Shown here: positions 57,209-64,000 of the stretch, piece after piece
Numbering within the stretch: the first letter of the stretch is position 1
Layout of the letters: the number at the start of each line of letters is the position of its first letter
Assembly (NCBI GenBank): GCA_963804975.1
Contig: CAWDSG010000002.1
Span: 208,991-272,990, forward strand
DNA: 64,000 nt
Reading direction: 5' to 3'
Origin: an uncultured bacterium
Lineage (GTDB): Bacteria > Patescibacteriota > Minisyncoccia > Phycocordibacterales > GWA1-40-21
Notes under the pieces: generated by a model
Databases searched by the model: none
Told to the model about the DNA's origin: nothing
Seen by the model: the letters and a program-made list of their open reading frames with translations, nothing else
Made by a program: the position numbers and the translations under genes

Positions 57209-58426
57209 ATGAACAGTCAATATCTGAAAAAAATAAAATTGCCTAACAGTCCGGGAATATACATCTTTAAAAAAGATAGGCGAATTCTTTATATTGGAAA
57301 AGCGACATTGCTTAAAGACAGAGTGAGAAGCTATTTTGCTAATGATTTGATTACGACTCGCGGACCTGTAATCGTTGACATGGTTTTTAAGGCAAACAAA
57401 ATTGATTTTATAAAAACCGATTCCGTGCTTGAAGCCCTGATACTTGAGAGCAATCTGATAAAAAAGTATCAGCCAAAATACAATACAATTGATAAGGATG
57501 ATAGAAGCTATAACTATGCGGTGATTACAAAAGAAGATTTTCCGAGAGTTTTAGTTATCCGCGGAAAAGAATCGTTTGGCGGGAAAAGGTTCAACCTTGA
57601 GGAGCCAAAACTTTCAAAAATTTTCGGGCCTTTTGTTAACGGAACACAGCTCAAAGAAGCATTAAAAATTATCCGCAAAATTTTCCCATTTATTGATAAT
57701 TATTCGGAAAAGAAAACCGGATACAAATTTTACAGGGAAATCGGACTTGCGCCGGAAGTCGGCAGTGCCGAAGCGAAAAAAGATTATGAAAAAACGATCA
57801 GGAATATAAAACTGTTTTTTGAAGGTAAAAAAACAAGCATTATTAAAAACCTGAAAGGAGAAATGAAAGGCCTTGCCAAAAATCAGGAATTTGAAAAAGC
57901 CGATAAGGCGAAAAGAACCATTTTTGCTTTAAATCATATCCAAGATATTGCATTACTTAAAGACGAAAGTAAAAAGTTTGATATTGAAAACGGATTTCGC
58001 ATTGAAGCGTATGATGTGGCGCATACGAGCGGGACAAATACGGTTGGAGTTATGACGGTGATTGAAAACAGGAAAATAAACAAGAATGAATACAGAAAGT
58101 TCAAGATAAACAACAGCATTCGGAATGATATTGCCGCTCTTGAAGAAATATTAGAAAGACGGCTTAAACACACGGAATGGAAATTCCCGGATATAATCGT
58201 AGTTGACGGGGGAATCGCGCAGAAAAATATCGCTGAAAAAATCATAAGAAAATCCGGTCTGAAAATTGATGTGATAGCTGTCATAAAAAACGAAGCACAT
58301 AAACCAAAAAATATTCAGGGGAAATCAGATATTTTGGATAAATACAAAAACGAAATTATTCTTGCAAACAGCGAAGCGCACAGGTTCGCGATAAGTTATC
58401 ACAGAAATATCAGGGATAAATTTTAG
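57209..58426 (+). CDS. uvrC: excinuclease ABC subunit C (short)
   Basis: GIY-YIG (PGIY...YIGKA), IEAYDVAH, VDGG, EAHRFAI. Confidence 0.92.
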   Translation: MNSQYLKKIKLPNSPGIYIFKKDRRILYIGKATLLKDRVRSYFANDLITTRGPVIVDMVFKANKIDFIKTDSVLEALILESNLIKKYQPKYNTIDKDDRSYNYAVITKEDFPRVLVIRGKESFGGKRFNLEEPKLSKIFGPFVNGTQLKEALKIIRKIFPFIDNYSEKKTGYKFYREIGLAPEVGSAEAKKDYEKTIRNIKLFFEGKKTSIIKNLKGEMKGLAKNQEFEKADKAKRTIFALNHIQDIALLKDESKKFDIENGFRIEAYDVAHTSGTNTVGVMTVIENRKINKNEYRKFKINNSIRNDIAALEEILERRLKHTEWKFPDIIVVDGGIAQKNIAEKIIRKSGLKIDVIAVIKNEAHKPKNIQGKSDILDKYKNEIILANSEAHRFAISYHRNIRDKF

Positions 58427-58491
58427 ATATTGACAAATTTTCATATTTTTGATATAAAGATAATAGAATTAAAAAACCACGGAGGTGGAAA

Positions 58492-58713
58492 ATGAAAATA
58501 TATGTTTTAAACGGGATAGTCACAATCGCAATCGGATTGGGTGAAAAAAATCGTTTGATCATGGACCATTTTTGTTTCATCCATTTGTCTGCCCATAAAG
58601 AACCACCAAAAGAATGTGTTGTTGTCTGTGCTGAGGGAAATTTTTCAATGAAAGTCCGCTTGGTAGGTTTGGTTCGGGGCAGTACCTCAACATGGAAATA
58701 TGCACCTTGTTGA
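58492..58713 (+). CDS. small orphan protein
   Basis: TTGACA-17-TATAAA promoter, GGAGGT SD, hairpin downstream. Confidence 0.5.
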   Translation: MKIYVLNGIVTIAIGLGEKNRLIMDHFCFIHLSAHKEPPKECVVVCAEGNFSMKVRLVGLVRGSTSTWKYAPC

Positions 58714-58887
58714 GATTGATTCAGCGGTACCCGCCGGGCGAAAATGTCCGGCGGTTTTTTTATCATTTATTCTTACTGATAAAGAAGCAATTAAATCAGT
58801 TTGACAAAAAAATATTTTAACGTATTATAAAATAAATTGTTGTTTTAATTTTTTCTTTTGTCATAATCTCTGCGGAAAGGGGGAGGC

Positions 58888-59187
58888 ATGATCTGTTCAG
58901 ATTCAGATTGCAAATTCGAAGAGGGTTTGGACAAATGCGCCAAATGCGTTGAGTACGAATTGTTTTTAATGATTCATTCCATACCGGAGAGCGAGTTTCA
59001 GATATTATTTAACGCCAGTGATCATAGCAATTCAAACAGCGATGATATATATACGGCCATAACAAAGATACTTATTGATGGAGCAAAGCGTATGAAAAAA
59101 TCTCTTCCTGAAACAATAAGGAGAATTAAATCAGAAGGAACCCTGGGTTCTATTTTGGAAAATGAACTTAAAAAGAATCGGAGGTGA
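58888..59187 (+). CDS. small orphan protein with Cys-rich N-terminus
   Basis: GGAGG SD, TTGACA promoter, hairpin 59188-59214. Confidence 0.55.
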   Translation: MICSDSDCKFEEGLDKCAKCVEYELFLMIHSIPESEFQILFNASDHSNSNSDDIYTAITKILIDGAKRMKKSLPETIRRIKSEGTLGSILENELKKNRR

Positions 59188-59251
59188 AAACGCCGTCAGA
59201 ATCATGGCGGCTTTTACTTTTTTATATTTTTATAAATGATATAATTTAGGA

Positions 59252-60220
59252 ATGCACAGAATCAAAGTTGCGGTGCTGCGGGGCGGACCAAGCTCAGAAA
59301 GCGAAATTTCCTGGAAGACAGGGAAGAATGTTTTGAATAATCTGCCGGACAAATATATTCCGACGGATGTTTTTATTTCAAAAAAAGGAGAATGGCTGGT
59401 GGAAGGCGCCAAGGTTTCTCCGCAGAAGATTTTTCAAAGCAATGATGTTGTTTTCAACGCGCTTCACGGAGAATATGGCGAGGACGGCAAACTTCAGCAA
59501 TTGCTTGACTATTCTCAAATTAAATACACTGGTTCAGGCGCACTTGCCTCGGCGCTTGCTATGAACAAGCTGATGGCAAAAGAGATTTTCAAGACCGCCG
59601 AAATGAAAACACCGGTCTTCAATGTCCTTAAAAAAGGAGAAATCACCCGCGACATAGCGCATAAACTTTTTAAAACTTTTCCCATGCCGGCCATAATAAA
59701 ACCGAACGGAAGCGGTTCGTCTTTCGGAGTATCGCTTGTGAAAACTTTGAAAGATATAATTCCGGCGATAGATAAAGCATTTAAATATGCTGATGTTGCA
59801 CTGATAGAAGAATTTATTCCGGGAAAAGAAGCGACCTGCGGAGTGGTGGAAAAATTCAAAGGAAAGAAATTATATCCTTTGCTGCCGATTGAGATTGTTG
59901 CGCAGAAAGGAAACGATTTTTTTGATTTTGGCGCGAAATATTCCGGCAAATCGAAAGAAATCTGTCCGGGAAATTTTTCCAAAAAAGAAAGCGAGATGAT
60001 ACAAAATATGGCAATAAAGGCGCACGAAGTGCTTGGTTTGAGGCATTATTCAAGATCTGATTTTATCGTCAATTCAAAAAGGGGAGTGTATATCCTTGAA
60101 ACGAATACTTTACCTGGACTGACAAATGAATCTCTGCTGCCGAAATCTTTGGAAGCCATCGGATGCACATTGCCGCAATTTCTGGATCATATTCTGACGC
60201 TGGCGCTTGAGAAGAAATAA
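59252..60220 (+). CDS. ddl: D-alanine--D-alanine ligase
   Basis: GGPSSE, LHGEYGEDG, GSSFG, AKY, NTLPG. Confidence 0.95.
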   Translation: MHRIKVAVLRGGPSSESEISWKTGKNVLNNLPDKYIPTDVFISKKGEWLVEGAKVSPQKIFQSNDVVFNALHGEYGEDGKLQQLLDYSQIKYTGSGALASALAMNKLMAKEIFKTAEMKTPVFNVLKKGEITRDIAHKLFKTFPMPAIIKPNGSGSSFGVSLVKTLKDIIPAIDKAFKYADVALIEEFIPGKEATCGVVEKFKGKKLYPLLPIEIVAQKGNDFFDFGAKYSGKSKEICPGNFSKKESEMIQNMAIKAHEVLGLRHYSRSDFIVNSKRGVYILETNTLPGLTNESLLPKSLEAIGCTLPQFLDHILTLALEKK

Positions 60221-60260
60221 TTTGGAAAAACCTAGATAATATGTTATTCTGCCTCCTCAA

Positions 60261-60334
60261 GGGCCCGTAGTTCATCTGGCTAGAACGCCTCATTTGCAAT
60301 GAGGAGGTAAGCGGTTCAAGTCCGCTCGGGTCCA
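60261..60334 (+). tRNA. tRNA-Ala(TGC)
   Basis: Acceptor gggcccg/cgggtcc with G3:U70; arm cctca-tttgcaa-tgagg. Confidence 0.95.
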
Positions 60335-60451
60335 CTACGACTTTACAATAAATAGATTTTATTCTAATATGAAAAACAGATCGGTTTCAGTCAAATACTG
60401 GGCCGGTTCTTTGTTAAATAAGCTTTAAAATTCAAAAAAGGGCGGTGCCTA

Positions 60452-62434
60452 ATGGGAAAGACAGCTTTTCAAAAAATTATCGACTCGCATCTCTTGAGGA
60501 CACTGCCTGATGGCAGGATGGTTCTAAGGTTGGATTGGGTCTGGGGTCATGAGATTACGACTCCGAACGCAATTCTTGATGTGAAAGAGCGTGGTTGTGA
60601 TGTGGTTTTCAATCCGAACAGGGTGAAGACCATGATTGATCATGTAAACCCAGCAAAAGATAAACTTTCAGCGGTCCAGGGCAAATTACTTCGTGATTGG
60701 AGCAGGGAACACAACATTGAATTTCTCGAAGTCGGAAGAAACGGCGTCTGTCATGCCATCATTCCTGAAAAGGGATGGATTCTTCCGGGCCAGATCGGAA
60801 TCATGGGCGATAGCCATACTTGTACGCACGGCGCTTTCTGCGCCTTCACGGCAGGTGTCGGAACGACTGAACAAGAGATCGGCGTCATAACCGGCCTCTG
60901 GGTCTGTCCTCCGCAAAAGGTTATCCGAGTGAACTTTACTGGCAATTTGCCGCCAAATGTTTTCTCGAAAGATCTTATCCTCTATCTCATCAACAAGATC
61001 GGAGTCAATGGCGCGACGAACGCAGTGCTCGAATTCGGCGGTCCAGTCATCGAGAAGATGAGCATTCAAGCTCGTATGACCATGACCAACATGGCTGTCG
61101 AAGCCGGTGCAACCTCGGGAATGATGATGGTGGACGAAAGGACCATCACTTTTCCGGCGTATCGGGCTCTTTGCGACGAATATCGCAAGAAAGAAAAGTA
61201 CTACAACCACAAAGATTTGAGTGATCTTGTTGCCGCCCAATGGAATAGCGATTCTGACGCGGTCTATGACCAAGTCATCGACATCGATGTTTCTAATATG
61301 ATTCCGGTTGTGACCGACGGCTATTCTCCCGGTGATGTGAAGAAGGTATCAGAACTTACCGGAAAAAAAGTCAACCAGGTCTATATCGGTTCCTGCACGA
61401 ACGGCAGAATCGAGGATTTGCAGATTGTTGCCGAGATTTTCTCAAGGATGAAACGAAAAGTGGCGGACAGTGTCCGTTGCATCATCGTTCCCGCTACGCG
61501 ACATATATTCGAGATGGCACTCAAGGAAGGCCTCATTGCGGAGTTTGTCCAGGCCGGCTGTTATGTAAGCGGTCCAACTTGCGGAGCATGCCTCGGCATG
61601 AGTTGCGGGGTAATTGCTCCGGGAGAAGTTTGCGTTTCGACGACGAATCGCAATTTTCCCGGACGCATGGGCAAAGATGGGATGGTGCATCTGGTATCTC
61701 CAGCAACCGCGGCAATGACTGCGATTGAAGGATGTATTACGGAAGCAACGCCTGTTTTTTGCGGGGAAATTCTTGGGGATTATTCCGTACCATCCTTTGA
61801 TACCAATGAAACCGATGATAGGACGACTGATTGGAAGGATGTTTCATTTACTCCGCCAGTCTATAAGGACCTGCTCGAAAAGATCAGCGCCGGTAAGAAA
61901 AAAGATTTTTCCGGCGCAACAACCTTTTTGCCGGTGTCCAACGTAGACACCGACCAGATCATTCCAGCCAGGCACTTAACCGAAACCGACAAGGTTGAAC
62001 TCGGGAAACATTGTCTCGAGGACGTTCCAACCATTTCGGCTGAGGAAAGATCGAACCTCGGTTCGATTTTAGTGGCCGGAGAAAACTTTGGTTGCGGTTC
62101 GTCTCGTGAACACGCCCCTTGGGCGCTTGAAGCTGCTGGTATTCGGTGCGTCATTGCCCCGAGTTTCGCCCGCATCTTCGAGAACAATATGTTCGTGAAC
62201 GGATTGTTGTGCATCACTCTTCCGAAGGAGATCGTGCAGAAAATCTTCGATTCGAAAACGGGTCACATTGAGATCAACTGGGAGGAAGGTCTCGTCAAAT
62301 GGGGCAGTTCGGAGAATGAAGAAGCTAAGTTCATTCTTTCCGACTACCAGAAGGACTTGATCCGCGCCGGTGGAAGCTTGGGCGTAAGTTTGAAGTTTGC
62401 CGCCGAACTTCAAGAAGAAGGAAAACTGCAATAA
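60452..62434 (+). CDS. leuC: fused 3-isopropylmalate dehydratase large+small subunit (LeuC-LeuD; aconitase family)
   Basis: HEIT, DSHT, GSCTN, CGACLG, NRNF, then NVDTDQIIP and NFGCGSSREHA in one ORF. Confidence 0.88.
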   Translation: MGKTAFQKIIDSHLLRTLPDGRMVLRLDWVWGHEITTPNAILDVKERGCDVVFNPNRVKTMIDHVNPAKDKLSAVQGKLLRDWSREHNIEFLEVGRNGVCHAIIPEKGWILPGQIGIMGDSHTCTHGAFCAFTAGVGTTEQEIGVITGLWVCPPQKVIRVNFTGNLPPNVFSKDLILYLINKIGVNGATNAVLEFGGPVIEKMSIQARMTMTNMAVEAGATSGMMMVDERTITFPAYRALCDEYRKKEKYYNHKDLSDLVAAQWNSDSDAVYDQVIDIDVSNMIPVVTDGYSPGDVKKVSELTGKKVNQVYIGSCTNGRIEDLQIVAEIFSRMKRKVADSVRCIIVPATRHIFEMALKEGLIAEFVQAGCYVSGPTCGACLGMSCGVIAPGEVCVSTTNRNFPGRMGKDGMVHLVSPATAAMTAIEGCITEATPVFCGEILGDYSVPSFDTNETDDRTTDWKDVSFTPPVYKDLLEKISAGKKKDFSGATTFLPVSNVDTDQIIPARHLTETDKVELGKHCLEDVPTISAEERSNLGSILVAGENFGCGSSREHAPWALEAAGIRCVIAPSFARIFENNMFVNGLLCITLPKEIVQKIFDSKTGHIEINWEEGLVKWGSSENEEAKFILSDYQKDLIRAGGSLGVSLKFAAELQEEGKLQ

Positions 62435-62537
62435 AGCTTTTTAATCAGTACAGCGCCGCCCCTTAAAAAAGGACGGCGTTTTTTTATTAATAAAAAAACG
62501 CCGTCTCCGTTTCCGAAGGCGGCGTTTATCCTCAACT

Positions 62538-63695
62538 TCACATAAAGGAACGGATTTTCTTTCCCATCTCGACAGTTCCGAGAAGCTTGTTCGCCTCAAA
62601 TTTGCCGGCGACCAAATCCGCAGTCCGGAAACCTTCCTCAAGAGTTGTCGAGACAGCTTGCTCAATCGCGTTCGCACCCTTGACCGCGCCAATATGCCGG
62701 AGCATCATCGCGCCAGTTAAAATGCGCCCGATCGGATTGGCTTTATCCAAACCTTTTAGGGTCGGGGCAGTGCCGGCGCCGCTTTCAAACATAGCGTCTC
62801 CAGTATCAGGATTGACGGCAGAACTGCACATCAGACCCATACTGCCGAAAATCTGGGCTGCTCCGTCCGAAACGATATCGCCGTGTTCGTTTCCGCATAT
62901 GATGACTCCATGGAGCAATTCCGGTTTGCACAAAAGCGCATTCGCGGAATCAACATACTGATGCCCAATGAATTTCACCTGCGGAAATTCTTCTTTTGCG
63001 ATTCGCGTAACGATTTTCCTCCAGAATTCGTAACGCGCCATCACATTGGCCTTGTCCACGGAAATTACCGGTAGTTCCGCCGTAACAGCATATTTAAATG
63101 CCGCTCTGACATACTTCTCGATCGTTGCCTTGCGGTAGTAGGCGATGTCCGAGACGATCTCTTCATTTCCCGTGACATCTTTCTTCATCATCATACCGAT
63201 TATCTTGCGAGTTTCCTCCGGAACATCATGAAAAAGATCGGCATTTCCGTAGTAGCTGTCCTCAAGCAAAAAACGAAGCCAGATTTGTCGGATGATCTTG
63301 TCCGGGATCAGTTCCGGTTTCAGCGCTGAGAGATGCTTGAGCTCAGGATACCAAATCAAGGGACGGAAGTTTTGCAACAATCCCATTCCTTTCCTGATCC
63401 TAAGCAAACTGCGAGGTTCCGGTTTCATTTCCGGTTCAATCTCGCCGATAGTATCGTCATATTTTGGATCTCCTACGCCGCCCGAGTAAAGTATCCCAAG
63501 CTCGGCGGCTTTTTCGTACGACTCGTCAGGGCAAGTATCGCTATACTTTTGGTAAGCGTTCCAACCCATCGGCGTATCCACGAATTCGACGTAGATGCCG
63601 TCCATTTCTGCCGCCTCAATTACAAGAGGACAAGCGACATCCATCATTTCCGGACCGGCACCATCTCCTCTTGCCAAAGCAATAAACTTTTTCAT
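62538..63695 (-). CDS. leuB: 3-isopropylmalate dehydrogenase family protein
   Basis: GDGAGPE, LLRIRK..NFRP, VDKANV, GDIVSD, GTAP..ANP. Confidence 0.85.
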   Translation of the reverse strand: MKKFIALARGDGAGPEMMDVACPLVIEAAEMDGIYVEFVDTPMGWNAYQKYSDTCPDESYEKAAELGILYSGGVGDPKYDDTIGEIEPEMKPEPRSLLRIRKGMGLLQNFRPLIWYPELKHLSALKPELIPDKIIRQIWLRFLLEDSYYGNADLFHDVPEETRKIIGMMMKKDVTGNEEIVSDIAYYRKATIEKYVRAAFKYAVTAELPVISVDKANVMARYEFWRKIVTRIAKEEFPQVKFIGHQYVDSANALLCKPELLHGVIICGNEHGDIVSDGAAQIFGSMGLMCSSAVNPDTGDAMFESGAGTAPTLKGLDKANPIGRILTGAMMLRHIGAVKGANAIEQAVSTTLEEGFRTADLVAGKFEANKLLGTVEMGKKIRSFM

Positions 63696-63819
63696 TTCCT
63701 TTTCCTTTCATTCATTTTTAATGAGCTAAAATTTCTTTACTTTTAAACTTTGTTCTAGGATTAAACTACAAAATAATAAGTAAATTGTCAATCCGCAACA
63801 GTGCGGATTTTAATGCTTG

Positions 63820-63892
63820 TGGACCGCACCGGGATCGAACCGGTCGCCTCATCCATGCCATGGATGCGCTCTACCAAATGAGCTAGCGGCCC
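63820..63892 (-). tRNA. tRNA-Ala(GGC)
   Basis: Acceptor gggccgc/gcggtcc with G3:U70; arm catcc-atggcat-ggatg; GGTTCGA. Confidence 0.95.
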
Positions 63893-63986
63893 CTTAATAA
63901 CCCGCCAAGTATATTATAAAAATAATTAAAAATCAAAAAAATAGAATTAAAACTTTTTTTGTGTTATAAATTATATGTTGAAGGCG

Positions 63987-64000
63987 GGGCGATTAGCTCA
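63987..64000 (+). tRNA. 5' end of a tRNA cut by the window edge (anticodon not visible)
   Basis: gggcgattagctca after a -10-like box. Confidence 0.55.

Noticed and set aside
59252-60220. Van-type resistance (Ddl plus VanX-like)
   Set aside because: Ddl keeps the omega-loop AKY Tyr typical of D-Ala-D-Ala ligases; the genes are unlinked and there is no vanH/R/S.
60686-63746. Antisense/overlapping ORFs here and throughout the window
   Set aside because: Shadows of real genes with no motifs or expression signals.

Overview
AT-rich, gene-dense bacterial chromosome segment. Trimmed housekeeping genes (short PheS/PheT/ThrRS/SMC/UvrC), a NusB-NUDIX fusion and leaderless starts suggest Patescibacteria/CPR, probably Parcubacteria (inference). 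It carries pentose/glycolysis genes (rpiB, rpe, fba), translation genes (rplY, rpmE, prfA, rpsB, tsf, pheST, thrS, rpmF, rpsP, trmD, tgt, 3 full tRNAs + 1 partial), replication/repair genes (gyrB, dnaE, rnhB, smc, uvrABC, Pif1-like), envelope genes, about 15 self-contained orphan-gene cassettes, a Panacea-type TA candidate, and a leuCD-fusion/leuB pair between two tRNA-Ala genes. The strongest signal is a set of tiny palindromic elements inserted in frame in core genes: a 21-bp CCTGCCT-N7-AGGCAGG element (8 copies, always read L-P/L-T/A-G/S-QAG), a 15-bp sibling (3 copies) and a 39-bp element (2 copies). There is also a family of ~100-bp intergenic branched elements (5 copies plus 1 relative) with compensatory changes that fold best on the strand antisense to the upstream gene. 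No mobilising enzyme was recognised in the window. All counts and alignments were done by eye.
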